A DNA stretch of 64,000 nucleotides from a virus. The notes below the pieces were generated by a model. That model did not search any database. It was given only the letters and a program-made list of their open reading frames with translations, and was not told where the DNA came from. Below, one piece after another: positions 28,336 through 38,323 of the stretch. The translations under genes were made by a program, and so were the position numbers. Within the stretch, counting starts at the first letter, position 1, and every line of letters begins with the position of its first letter. The stretch is taken from the IMG/VR virus record IMGVR_UViG_3300035698_007174, positions 4,684-68,683 of that record. One strand, 5' to 3'.

Positions 28336-30822
28336 GTGACAAAAAAGAAGAAACCACCAACTAATTGTGAAAAATGTGGATTATGCGAGAAGTGTGAAAA
28401 TCCAAAAATTAAAGTTTATGGTAAAGGTGGCAAAGGTATTCTAATTGTTGCTCAATCTCCTGATAAGAGAGCTGATGAAGAGAATGATATTTTCAACAGT
28501 AGGGCAGGAAAGATAGTCAGGAGAGCTTTAAAGGACAATGGACTTAATTTGGAAGAGGACTGCTGGCTTGTCTACTCCGTTCGGTGTAGAAATAAAGTGG
28601 GATCTCCCACAAACTTACAAGTAAAAATGTGTAGAAGGTATCTTCATAGAGTCGTCCGGACACATAAACCAAAGAAGATAATTACTTTGGGTTTGGTTTC
28701 TCTGCAGGGTTTGATCGGACATAAAGAATCGATTACTGCTATGGAAAAATGGATGGGCCAAAAGATTCCAGACCAGGATTTTAAGTGTTGGATTTATCCT
28801 ACTTATCACCCTCTGTATCTTCTGGCTAATGACCGAAATATTCCTCTGTGGCGAAGATTTAAAAAACAGATGACTCTTGCCTTAGAACATGATCAGGAGT
28901 TTCTTGTGGATACTCCGGATATTGAGATTATATCAGGACTTGGAGGGATTGAAGATCTGTTGATTAAACTACAGTCTGAAGAATATTTGACTGTGGATTT
29001 TGAGACTTCCGGATTGAAACCCCATGCAAAAGGTCACTTCATTTACTCGATGGCCTTTACTACTACCAGTGGAAAGTCTTATGCTTTTCTGGTCCCGCAT
29101 GATGTGATGACTCCGCATACACTTGATCTACTCAAGGATCTGTTTACTAATCCGAAGATCAAATTGATCGGTCAGAATATTAAATTTGAGACTCAGTGGT
29201 GTTATAATACTTTGGGGTTTTGGATAACAAATTGGTATTGGGATACTATGCTGGCTACTCATGTTATTGATAACAGAGGTGGAATAACTGGCTTGAAGTT
29301 TCAAACTTGTGTGAAGTTTGGGGTATCCGGTTATGGAAATGAGATGAAGCAGTACTTTAAAACAGCTACTTCAAACGCATTCAATAAAATCAAAGAAGCT
29401 CCTGTAGAGAAGATGTTGCACTATAATGGACTAGATACTCATTACACCTACAAACTTGCATTAGATCAAATGGCGGTGGTACAGGGCTCAAGAATAGAAG
29501 GGGGTTATGAGTTACTTCACGAAGGAATATTGGCATTTAGTAAAGTAGAGCAAACTGGCATTCGAGTAGATATGGATTACTGCTCTAAAACCTATGTGGT
29601 ATTAGAAAAGCAGATGATCATATTGAAGAAAGAAATCATGGAATCTGAGGAAATTAAATCCTGGGTTCCAAAGCCAAAGTCAAAAACTTCGGAGTTCAAT
29701 TTCAATTCTACTCCTCAGTTGAAACATTTACTGGTTGATATTCTGAATATTAAATCAGATAAGATGACCCCTGGCGGTGGAGTTTCAATGGATCAAGAAG
29801 CTCTGGGATCTATCGATATTCCATTTACGAATAAGATTTTAGAGTATAGGAAATTGGTTAAGTTAAGAGATACTTATTTGAAGGGAATTATAAATGAGAC
29901 AATTCCTGAAAACAATATGTATTTGCTCCGGTGTATGTTCAATTTGCATACTGCGATTACTTACAGATCATCATCCTCTCTGATTAACTTTCAGAATATG
30001 CCAAAGAGAGATGAGGTTGCAAAGAAGTTGATCCGGTCTGCCATTATTCCCCGAGAAGGGAATATGCTTGTCGGGTTTGATTATTCTGGTGTCGAGGTTG
30101 TGATTGGGTGTTGCTACCACAAAGACGAGAATATGATCCGCTATGTGACTAATCCGGATACAAATATGCACAGGGACCAGGGAGCTAATTTGTTCCTGAA
30201 ACCGAAAGAAGATATTACTGAGAATGAAAGATACTTAGCGAAGAATGGATTTGTCTTCCCTGAGTTCTATGGAGATTGGTGGAAATCTTGTGCCGAAAAC
30301 TTGTGGCCTAGAATAGAAGCATCGACAAAGAAACATCTCAAAACTCAAGGGATTAAGAAGCTGGAGCATTTTGCAGAACACGTCCGGAAAGTGGAAGACA
30401 AATTATGGAAAGAATCTTTCCCTGGGTATGGAGAATGGCGAATCAAAATGTGGGAGCGGTATCAGAAATGTGGGTATGTTGATCTAAAGACAGGGTTCCG
30501 ATGTACCGGACTCATGCAGAGAAAAGAGGTAACAAACTATCCTATTCAGGGATCAGCTTTTCATTGCACTGTTTGGTCTTTCATTCAATTAGAAGAACTG
30601 CTGAGAACTTCTAAGTTTAAGAGTACTCTGATTGGTCAGATCCATGATGAGATTGTCTTTGATGTTGTACCAGATGAATATGCAGAATTGTCTGTTTTGA
30701 TTAAGGACATTATGTGTAATAAGATTAGAGAACACTGGCCCTGGATTATAGTTCCATTGGAAGTAAAGGCTGATGTTTATAAAATAAATGGAAATTGGTC
30801 AGAACAAAATGAAAATTTTTGA
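28336..30822 (+). CDS. polA: Family A DNA polymerase with N-terminal uracil-DNA glycosylase-like (family 4 fold) domain
   Basis: CxxC..C, VRCR, PTYHP (UDG-like); exonuclease DFETSG, DTML; polymerase NFQNMP, DYSGVE, AKNGFVFPEFYG, NYPIQG, IHDE. Confidence 0.93.
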   Translation: MTKKKKPPTNCEKCGLCEKCENPKIKVYGKGGKGILIVAQSPDKRADEENDIFNSRAGKIVRRALKDNGLNLEEDCWLVYSVRCRNKVGSPTNLQVKMCRRYLHRVVRTHKPKKIITLGLVSLQGLIGHKESITAMEKWMGQKIPDQDFKCWIYPTYHPLYLLANDRNIPLWRRFKKQMTLALEHDQEFLVDTPDIEIISGLGGIEDLLIKLQSEEYLTVDFETSGLKPHAKGHFIYSMAFTTTSGKSYAFLVPHDVMTPHTLDLLKDLFTNPKIKLIGQNIKFETQWCYNTLGFWITNWYWDTMLATHVIDNRGGITGLKFQTCVKFGVSGYGNEMKQYFKTATSNAFNKIKEAPVEKMLHYNGLDTHYTYKLALDQMAVVQGSRIEGGYELLHEGILAFSKVEQTGIRVDMDYCSKTYVVLEKQMIILKKEIMESEEIKSWVPKPKSKTSEFNFNSTPQLKHLLVDILNIKSDKMTPGGGVSMDQEALGSIDIPFTNKILEYRKLVKLRDTYLKGIINETIPENNMYLLRCMFNLHTAITYRSSSSLINFQNMPKRDEVAKKLIRSAIIPREGNMLVGFDYSGVEVVIGCCYHKDENMIRYVTNPDTNMHRDQGANLFLKPKEDITENERYLAKNGFVFPEFYGDWWKSCAENLWPRIEASTKKHLKTQGIKKLEHFAEHVRKVEDKLWKESFPGYGEWRIKMWERYQKCGYVDLKTGFRCTGLMQRKEVTNYPIQGSAFHCTVWSFIQLEELLRTSKFKSTLIGQIHDEIVFDVVPDEYAELSVLIKDIMCNKIREHWPWIIVPLEVKADVYKINGNWSEQNENF

Positions 30823-30827
30823 TTCTT

Positions 30828-30849
30828 TACGGTATAATTAGATAAGGAG
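30828..30849 (+). promoter_or_regulatory. Middle promoter+RBS motif, copy 2
   Basis: TACGGTATAATTAGATAAGGAG. Confidence 0.65.
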
Positions 30850-31115
30850 TGTTTATGGTAAAGATAAATCGAGAAGGAGTCGAAACAGCAAATTTGTTTG
30901 ATCTATCAGAAGAACGGGTAGAGCAATTAGTAAATCTGTCGGATTATATTTATAAGACAAGTGTTGATATGGGTGAAATTTTCGAGAGATTGTTTCACTT
31001 ACAAGAGGACAAGATCATTACTGAGGGGGAAACATACTTTCTCATCTATGGTTTTGGTGGTCTTATGATTATGCTGGCAGCTGAAAAGGAAGAGAAGAAG
31101 AAGGAGGACAAATGA
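30849..31115 (+). CDS. Hypothetical protein
   Basis: RBS before MVKIN. Confidence 0.55.
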   Translation: MFMVKINREGVETANLFDLSEERVEQLVNLSDYIYKTSVDMGEIFERLFHLQEDKIITEGETYFLIYGFGGLMIMLAAEKEEKKKEDK

Positions 31116-31576
31116 AGTATCGAGAAGACATTGCTATTGACAAGGACTGCTTAGACATAGAGTGGTTACAACAGGCTGATAAGTATATGAAGTATCTGAA
31201 AATGGCTGTTTTTGCTGAGTCTAAAAAATTAAAAGCAAAAGTTGGTTTAGATGTTTTGGAAGCTACTTTAGATGGTGAAGTTCGGGAAGAACTACTTGAC
31301 GAAGGAAAGAAAGCAACGGAAGCAATAGTGAAAAACCTGGTGACTAGACACCCCAAGAGGGTTAAAGCTGTCCATGAACTTATTGAAATTACAGAAGAAT
31401 ATAATCTTCTGGCTTCTGCTGTTCGAGCATTCGAGCAACGGAAAAAAGCATTAGAAAAACTTGTTGAGTTACATAATGCAGGATACTTTGGTCAACCTAA
31501 ATCGAAGACTCCGGTAACCCATGACACTATACAGGATCGACAAAGAGATAAATTAAAAGCTAGGAGGACAGAATAA
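31112..31576 (+). CDS. UvsY-like recombination mediator
   Basis: Helical; KATEAIVKN, AFEQRKKALEKLV..GYF; upstream of SSB and RecA. Confidence 0.6.
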   Translation: MKYREDIAIDKDCLDIEWLQQADKYMKYLKMAVFAESKKLKAKVGLDVLEATLDGEVREELLDEGKKATEAIVKNLVTRHPKRVKAVHELIEITEEYNLLASAVRAFEQRKKALEKLVELHNAGYFGQPKSKTPVTHDTIQDRQRDKLKARRTE

Positions 31577-32598
31577 TGGCTAAGAAAGGTGCATACGCAA
31601 AATTAAAAACAAACACCAAAGACAATCTTGATAATAAAGATAAGTTTGTTGGTGGTGGTTCTCATACTTTAAACCTTCCAGAAGGAACAAAGTTTGTTGA
31701 GACTAAAAAAGGAACAAACAGATGGAAAATTATTCCTTACCTGATTGGTTCTGAAAATCACCCATTGGTTGTTGAAGGTAGAAGAGAAGTCGGTGATCCT
31801 GATTATGTTCTTGACATATGGGTTCATAGATTTATTGGTCCGGACAACAACAACTTTGTCTGTCCTAAAATGAACTACCATCAAAGATGCCCTATCTGTG
31901 AAGAAGTGGATCGTTTAAAAGCTATAATGGATGAAGCTGGTGATAAAAATATTCAAGACAAAATTGACAGCATCAAAGCAAAAAGAAGAGTAATCTATAA
32001 TGTTGTCAACCTAAATTCTGAAGAATTAAATGTTCAGATATTTGAAGCAAGTCACTACAAGTTTGAAAAACCCTTACTTGAAGAAGCAGCTTCAGATGAA
32101 TCATTAGAAGTGGTTTGTTTTTCTGATCCTGATGAAAATTGGGTACTCAAACTTCGGGGAGCAGCCGGAACACATGGTGGTCGGAAGTTTATCGAGTTTA
32201 CTAAGTTTGACTTTGAAGAAGATGATGAAGACTTTGATGATGATTGGTTGGACGAAGCCTATGTCCTGGACTCTCTGTTAAATATACCTGACTATGAAAC
32301 AATCAAAGAAGGTTTTTATGGTCCGGATGAGTACGAAGGGGGCGAAGCGGAAGTGGGAGAAGAAGCTCCAAAGAAAAGAAGTAGAAAGAAAAAAGTAGTC
32401 GATGAAGAACCGGAAGAAGTGGAAGAGGAAGAAGCTCCAAAGAAACGTGGCCGGAAGAAAAAAGAAGTTAAAGAAGAAGTGGGTGAAGACGATCTTTGTC
32501 CTCATGGATTTGTCCCTGAGACTGACTGTGATGAACATGAAGAGTGTGATGACTGTGAGTACTGGGATGACTGTATAGAACGAAAGAAGGAGAAATAA
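31576..32598 (+). CDS. gp32-like single-stranded DNA-binding protein
   Basis: WVH...CP...CPICE zinc motif, acidic tail, terminal Cys cluster. Confidence 0.7.
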   Translation: MAKKGAYAKLKTNTKDNLDNKDKFVGGGSHTLNLPEGTKFVETKKGTNRWKIIPYLIGSENHPLVVEGRREVGDPDYVLDIWVHRFIGPDNNNFVCPKMNYHQRCPICEEVDRLKAIMDEAGDKNIQDKIDSIKAKRRVIYNVVNLNSEELNVQIFEASHYKFEKPLLEEAASDESLEVVCFSDPDENWVLKLRGAAGTHGGRKFIEFTKFDFEEDDEDFDDDWLDEAYVLDSLLNIPDYETIKEGFYGPDEYEGGEAEVGEEAPKKRSRKKKVVDEEPEEVEEEEAPKKRGRKKKEVKEEVGEDDLCPHGFVPETDCDEHEECDDCEYWDDCIERKKEK

Positions 32599-32601
32599 GC
32601 T

Positions 32602-33678
32602 ATGCCGAGAAAAAGTGAAGTGTCTGACTTAGCTCAACAAGTAAAGCACTCCCCTCGCAAAAAAGCAGCAAAGAAGACTGTTCACAAATTCTGCCCCTCT
32701 GGAATCACACTTATGGATTGTGCTTCCGGAGGAGGTAAAGGCATTGGGGTTTTCGGTAAGATTCTAAATATTGTTGGAGAAGAATCTACCGGAAAAACCA
32801 TAATGTGTTGTGAGATAATTGCAGCTGCCAAAAACTTGTTGGGGAAAAAATTGAGATGGCATTATGATGATGGGGAGAATGGATTTACTTTTGACTCTCA
32901 GGAGTTGTATGGTATGGATATATTGGATCCTTCTGGGGAACCATCAAGAACAATTGAAGATTTTGAATTGAATATCCATCTGTTCATGGAATCTTTAGAG
33001 GAGGATGAATATGGTATTTACATTCTTGATTCCCTGGATGGTTTGTCTTCCGAAGCTGAAGAAGACTATTTTGATAAGAAATTAAAGAAAGCTGAGAAGG
33101 GAGAAAAATTAGAGAAGGGAACTTATAACTTGACAAAACAAAAAGAGTTCTCTGCCTTTTTCCGAGTAATGTCAAATGATATTAGTAAGAAGAAAGTTTT
33201 TCTAATTGTTATATCCCAGGTCCGGTATAAAATCGGTGCTAATTTGTTTGCCTGTCAATGGCAGAGAACAGGTGGAAAGGCTATGGACTTTTATGCTGCC
33301 GGAGTATGCTGGCTAAAGGTGGTCCAGAAACATATCAAGAAAGGCAGGGAAACAGGGAACACAGTTCTTGCCAAGATGAAGAAGAACAAATTGTGGAAAC
33401 CCCATAGAGGTTGCTACTTTGATATTCTTTTTGATTATGGGGTTGACAACATTTTCTCGAACCTTGTTTTCCTATTTGATCTGAGAACTGTAAAAGGTGA
33501 AATGAAGAAGACAATTAAAATTGATTGGGATGAGGGACATTTAGAGATGACTCTGGCTGCAGCGGTTCAACACATTGAAGACAATGGTTTAGAAGATGAA
33601 CTGTCTCAGAGGGTTGTTGAGAAGTGGAATGCTATTGAAGAATCTATTTCATGTAAAGATCGAAAGAGGAGATATTGA
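32602..33678 (+). CDS. recA: RecA/UvsX-like recombinase
   Basis: Walker A GEESTGKT, ILDSL, ISQVR, TGGKAMDFYA, KNK. Confidence 0.92.
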   Translation: MPRKSEVSDLAQQVKHSPRKKAAKKTVHKFCPSGITLMDCASGGGKGIGVFGKILNIVGEESTGKTIMCCEIIAAAKNLLGKKLRWHYDDGENGFTFDSQELYGMDILDPSGEPSRTIEDFELNIHLFMESLEEDEYGIYILDSLDGLSSEAEEDYFDKKLKKAEKGEKLEKGTYNLTKQKEFSAFFRVMSNDISKKKVFLIVISQVRYKIGANLFACQWQRTGGKAMDFYAAGVCWLKVVQKHIKKGRETGNTVLAKMKKNKLWKPHRGCYFDILFDYGVDNIFSNLVFLFDLRTVKGEMKKTIKIDWDEGHLEMTLAAAVQHIEDNGLEDELSQRVVEKWNAIEESISCKDRKRRY

Positions 33679-33819
33679 TGGAGATATTTGCAATATTAGT
33701 ATTTGGAGTTATTTGTTTTTTCATTGGTATAGTGTATGGCAGTCCAGTTTATAAATTGAAGATCAACTTTCCAAAAGATGTATCAGATGAAGAGTGGACT
33801 AAAGATGTGTGGATGGTGA

Positions 33820-34383
33820 ATGATGATGAGTAAAACATATATCGGGATTGATAATGGCGTGTCCGGAACAATCGGGATCATTACAAAAGATGAAGTATGT
33901 AACTTTTGTAAGACTCCAGTAAAGAATGTAAATAACTACCAAAAGCCAGCAAAGAGAAAAAAGAAAGTAAAACCTGGAATGAAACCTGGAACAGAACCAA
34001 AAGTAAAACCTGGCTTGGTTCAGAAAAAACTCAATAGAATTGATCATGAGGAGTTAGCTCTGTTAATAGGATACTTAGGTGATGATACACTTGCCATCAT
34101 TGAAAGGCCAATGGTGAATGCTACTAGGTTTAATGCTTCTCTCTCTGCTGTGAGGGCATTGGAAGCTACATTAGTGGTGCTAGAAGAGTTAGAGATTCCT
34201 TATATATTTTGTGATTCCCGTGAATGGCAGAAGGTGATGCTCCCTGCAGGAACTAAAGGAGATGCTCTAAAGACAGAAAGTAAAAGAGTTGGGAATGAGT
34301 TGTTTCCTCAATTTGCTGATGTTAAACACCCTGATCGGGATGGGATATTGATTGCTGAGTATGCAAGGAGAATGAAGCTATGA
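33820..34383 (+). CDS. RuvC-like Holliday junction resolvase
   Basis: [22 protein letters not shown]. Confidence 0.8.
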   Translation: MMMSKTYIGIDNGVSGTIGIITKDEVCNFCKTPVKNVNNYQKPAKRKKKVKPGMKPGTEPKVKPGLVQKKLNRIDHEELALLIGYLGDDTLAIIERPMVNATRFNASLSAVRALEATLVVLEELEIPYIFCDSREWQKVMLPAGTKGDALKTESKRVGNELFPQFADVKHPDRDGILIAEYARRMKL

Positions 34384-34640
34384 GTAAAGAATGTCATGAT
34401 TGTGGGGTTGAGAAAGGAAAACAGCATATGCCTGGTTGTGACTGGGAAGAATGTCCTTTTTGTGGCGACCAGTTACTTAGCTGTACCTGTTGTTATGATA
34501 TTCTTGATATAGATTCCTCTCAAGAACCGATATACTCACAAGGATTAAATGAAGAACAATCTAGTAAGTGGGAAGAGATTTTAAAGAATAGAGGATACAT
34601 TCTATACGGGGATGAAAAAAGATTTGGAGAAGCACTATGA
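34380..34640 (+). CDS. Cys-rich zinc-binding protein
   Basis: CHDCG...H..GCD.E.CP.CG.QLLSC.C. Confidence 0.75.
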   Translation: MSKECHDCGVEKGKQHMPGCDWEECPFCGDQLLSCTCCYDILDIDSSQEPIYSQGLNEEQSSKWEEILKNRGYILYGDEKRFGEAL

Positions 34641-35683
34641 TCAAGAAGGTGACTATTGAGAATTTTCAGAGTCATAAGAATACAGAACTAGAATTTTGTC
34701 GTGGAGTCAACATAATTGTTGGCTCCTCTGATAAGGGCAAATCTGCTATTTTGCGATCTCTGAGATGGAATTTTGAAAATCAACCATTGGGAGATCGTTT
34801 TCGGTCTAAATGGGGTGGGAATACCAAAGTGACTGTTGAAACAGAAGATGCTGTTGTTGTTCGAGGGAAAACTAAATCCTCTAACTTTTACCGGATAGGT
34901 CAGGAGTTGTATACTTCTTTCAACAAAACTATTCCTGAACCCTTACAGAATCTTTACAATTTCCTGCCATTAAATTTCCAGTGGCAACACGATTCTGTTT
35001 TTTTGCTCGGGAACTCTGGTGGAGAAGTAGCCAGATATATAAATGAGTTGATCGATCTGACTATCATCGACTCAAGTTTGCAGAGTATTGAGAGAATCAA
35101 AAGATCTCACAACAAAGAGATGGAGTTTCAACACAAACTTCTAAAAGAGAAGCAAGTTGAATTGAAATCCTACAAAAAGTTGGATGGCTTAGAAGAGTTA
35201 GTTCTGGCTGCGGAAGTACTCGAACACGAACTTTATGTGAACTATGAAACATTGTCTGAGATGGCTGACTTAATTGGAGAGATCGAAGATTGTAAGAAGC
35301 AACTAAAAGTGTTAGACAAGACTAACAAATGTGAAGGTACTGTTTCCCTGGTGGGTGAGATTTATGCCAAGATGGATAGAATCGATGAACAGATAGATGA
35401 GAGAGATGATTTTATTGTAGATCTTCAGTTATGTCGTACAAAATTAGAGGAGACTAACAAAGTTTCGGTTATAGAAGAATGTTACAAGGCAGCAGATAAG
35501 TTATACTACGCTTACTCTGATAGTACTGAAGTTTATTTTGCTGCTGATTCTCTGGCAGATGCTTACGAAATCTGTCAAGAAGAATATGAGGAACAGAAAA
35601 ATATCCACAAAGAAGCAGTTCGGCAACTAAAAGAGATCATGCCCGATGTTTGTCCTACTTGTGGTCAGGAGATACATAAATGA
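34637..35683 (+). CDS. sbcC: SbcC/Rad50-like ATPase, N-terminal half
   Basis: IENFQSH, Walker A GSSDKGKS, coiled coil, zinc hook CPTCGQ at the C-terminus. Confidence 0.88.
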   Translation: MIKKVTIENFQSHKNTELEFCRGVNIIVGSSDKGKSAILRSLRWNFENQPLGDRFRSKWGGNTKVTVETEDAVVVRGKTKSSNFYRIGQELYTSFNKTIPEPLQNLYNFLPLNFQWQHDSVFLLGNSGGEVARYINELIDLTIIDSSLQSIERIKRSHNKEMEFQHKLLKEKQVELKSYKKLDGLEELVLAAEVLEHELYVNYETLSEMADLIGEIEDCKKQLKVLDKTNKCEGTVSLVGEIYAKMDRIDEQIDERDDFIVDLQLCRTKLEETNKVSVIEECYKAADKLYYAYSDSTEVYFAADSLADAYEICQEEYEEQKNIHKEAVRQLKEIMPDVCPTCGQEIHK

Positions 35684-36567
35684 AACCAACTTTTATATTG
35701 ACAGCTGACATTCATATCAGATCAGACATTCCTACTTGCCGGACCGATGACTATTGGGAAGCTCAGGAAAAGAAGATTGCATGGTTGAAAGAACTGCAAG
35801 CAAAACACAACTGTCCTATTCTAAATGCCGGAGATTTACTAGACAAGTTCAGATCTTCCCCTCACTTGGAAGCCTGGGCCATTCAGAACCTACCGAAGAT
35901 ACTGACCATTGTGGGCAATAATCACGATATGCCATACAATAACATCAAATACCTCAATAGAGGTTCACTATGGGTGTTGAAATCGTCTGGAGTAATCGAT
36001 ATACTAGATGGCTATGACACGTTCAAAGACATACTTCTATTTGGATCTCATTTTAACTTTGACAAGATCCCTGAAATCAATCTTCCGGAAGGAAACTTTA
36101 AAAAGAAAATAGCAATGCTGCATATGATGGTGTCCAAAGATGGTGAGATTCCAAACTCTCACTCCGGAACATCTCTCTTGAAGAAGTTACCTCAGTTTGA
36201 TTTGATTGTCACCGGACATAATCATCAGTCTTTTGTTTGTGAGTACCAGGGGAGAGTTCTTATCAATCCAGGATCCATGATGAGAATGTTTGCTGATCAG
36301 GTAGAAGAGAGTCCTAAAGTATACCTGTGGAATGAGGATGGAACCTACGAACCAGCTTCTTACCCATATGAAAGTGGAGTAATCAGTCGGGCTCATATCA
36401 TTAAAAAGGAAAAGAGAACTGAGACTATTGAATCTTTTGTGGCTAAAATGAAGAAAGATTCTTGTGTCGAATTCAGCTACGAGAAAAATATGGAAAACTT
36501 TATTAAAAAAAATAAGCTATCTCGTAGTATAATTAATAAGATAAGCGAAGCAATGGAGGTAATATGA
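35680..36567 (+). CDS. sbcD: SbcD/Mre11-like nuclease
   Basis: ADIH, AGD, GNNHD, GHNH, NPGS. Confidence 0.88.
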   Translation: MKPTFILTADIHIRSDIPTCRTDDYWEAQEKKIAWLKELQAKHNCPILNAGDLLDKFRSSPHLEAWAIQNLPKILTIVGNNHDMPYNNIKYLNRGSLWVLKSSGVIDILDGYDTFKDILLFGSHFNFDKIPEINLPEGNFKKKIAMLHMMVSKDGEIPNSHSGTSLLKKLPQFDLIVTGHNHQSFVCEYQGRVLINPGSMMRMFADQVEESPKVYLWNEDGTYEPASYPYESGVISRAHIIKKEKRTETIESFVAKMKKDSCVEFSYEKNMENFIKKNKLSRSIINKISEAMEVI

Positions 36568-36752
36568 TACGGAAGATACAACATTTAAAGTTTACTTGTG
36601 ATGAACAGGGAAGGGTTATTATTGCAGATACTCGTAACAGAACAATACAGCTACATTACTGCTATTTTGATGGTGTCTGGCCTGAAGGTATTCTGATTGA
36701 GGGAAGATCTCCCAAACAGGTGATGCTACATACACGGGGAGAGAAAAAATGA
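36564..36752 (+). CDS. Hypothetical protein
   Basis: GGAGG RBS. Confidence 0.5.
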   Translation: MIRKIQHLKFTCDEQGRVIIADTRNRTIQLHYCYFDGVWPEGILIEGRSPKQVMLHTRGEKK

Positions 36753-36985
36753 GTTTACTAAATCGAATTACTGATCTAAAGGAACGAATTGAAGAGTCCA
36801 AATTGGCTCGGGAAAGAGAGAAAGGGAAACTGGCTGGCATGGAAGAGACTATGAAAAAGAAATATAAATGTACTTCTTTAGAAGAACTGCAGAAACAAGT
36901 CAGGGAGATGAAAGCAGACAACGACAAGAGAGAGAAAGAATTGAAAGAACTCTTGGGTGAGATTGAGGAGAGGTTTGATGATTAA
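36749..36985 (+). CDS. Small coiled-coil protein (possible SbcC linker piece)
   Basis: Entirely charged heptad pattern. Confidence 0.6.
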   Translation: MSLLNRITDLKERIEESKLAREREKGKLAGMEETMKKKYKCTSLEELQKQVREMKADNDKREKELKELLGEIEERFDD

Positions 36986-37709
36986 TCTTTACAATGGAGA
37001 TTGTTTAGAAGTAATGGATCAGTTGATTGAACAAGGTATCAAAGTGGATGCAATAATAGCAGATGTTCCCTACGGGACCACTGCTTGCAAATGGGATCAG
37101 GTCATTCCCTTTGATGAAATGTGGGAACGGTTAAAATTAATAAGGAAATCTAATACGCCCACCGTATTATTTGGGAGTGAGCCTTTTAGCTCTCATTTGA
37201 GAATCAGTAATATAAAAGAGTTTAAATATGATTGGATATGGGAAAAGAATTTAAAATCTGGTAACTTAAATGCACGTAAAAGACCAATGCTAGGCCATGA
37301 AGTCATCTCTGTTTTTATGGAAAAATTAGGCAGCAGTTACTACCCACAAAAACGAGTAAGAACTAATGAGATAAAATCAGGCAACAAAAATAATAGTAAA
37401 ACATCTGTATATGGTAAGCAAAAAGAATTATATGTGGATAGGCAATCTGATAAAATCAATCCTGATACTATAATTAAGAATATTAAGTGTGTACATAATA
37501 GTCAAGGAAAAGTTCACCCTACTCAAAAACCAGTTGAATTATTAGAATACCTGATTAAAACATACACAAATGAAGGAGATTTAGTTTTGGACTTTACAAT
37601 GGGATCAGGAACTACTATGGTTGGTTGTAAAAATCTAAATAGGCATGGGATTGGGATAGAATTAAACAAGGAATATTTTGAAATAGCTAAAGGGAGGATT
37701 GGAGAGTGA
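36978..37709 (+). CDS. DNA methyltransferase, N6-adenine/N4-cytosine (beta class)
   Basis: GDCLE, ADVPYG, HPTQKP, LDFTMGSGTT; start MINLY at 36978. Confidence 0.92.
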   Translation: MINLYNGDCLEVMDQLIEQGIKVDAIIADVPYGTTACKWDQVIPFDEMWERLKLIRKSNTPTVLFGSEPFSSHLRISNIKEFKYDWIWEKNLKSGNLNARKRPMLGHEVISVFMEKLGSSYYPQKRVRTNEIKSGNKNNSKTSVYGKQKELYVDRQSDKINPDTIIKNIKCVHNSQGKVHPTQKPVELLEYLIKTYTNEGDLVLDFTMGSGTTMVGCKNLNRHGIGIELNKEYFEIAKGRIGE

Positions 37710-38323
37710 TTAATTTACAGGAAAGAAGGGCCAAGTTAGAGAGAATGAAAGGACAGAAGGAAGCTCTCTCTAAAGAGATCAAAACTATCAAGAAGAAATA
37801 TCTTGAAGAGAAAGATAACTATGAAAATTCAATCAAGGCTCAAGAAGCTATGAAAATTGTGGCTCTTGAAACTCAACAAGGGATTACCTATCAATTATGT
37901 GATATGGTTACTCTGGCCCTAAATACTGTATTTGAAGATTCTTATGACTTCAACATTGAGTTTGTTGATAGAAGAGGAAAGACTGAAGCTGATTTGTCTT
38001 TCAGGAAAAATGATGAAGAGTACGATCCTATGACTGACTCAGGTGGTGGAGTAGTAGATGTTGCTGCGTTTGCCCTGCGAGTCAGTCTTTGGAGTTTGTC
38101 AAAGAAGAACAACACTATTGTTTCGGATGAACCAATGAAGTTTTTATCCAGAGAATTGCAACCAAAGGCTTCTGAGCTTTTGAAAATGTTGTCCTGCAAA
38201 TTGGGTATTCAGTTCATAATTGTTACCCACGACAAGGCTTTGATGGAGAGTGCAGATCAGATATTTACAATTGATCAGGATGAAGATGGTGTTAGTTTTA
38301 TTGCAGAGGAGGAGATTGAATGA
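37706..38323 (+). CDS. sbcC: SbcC/Rad50-like ATPase, C-terminal half
   Basis: Signature SGGG, ALR, Walker B VSDEP, H-loop IVTH. Confidence 0.85.
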   Translation: MINLQERRAKLERMKGQKEALSKEIKTIKKKYLEEKDNYENSIKAQEAMKIVALETQQGITYQLCDMVTLALNTVFEDSYDFNIEFVDRRGKTEADLSFRKNDEEYDPMTDSGGGVVDVAAFALRVSLWSLSKKNNTIVSDEPMKFLSRELQPKASELLKMLSCKLGIQFIIVTHDKALMESADQIFTIDQDEDGVSFIAEEEIE

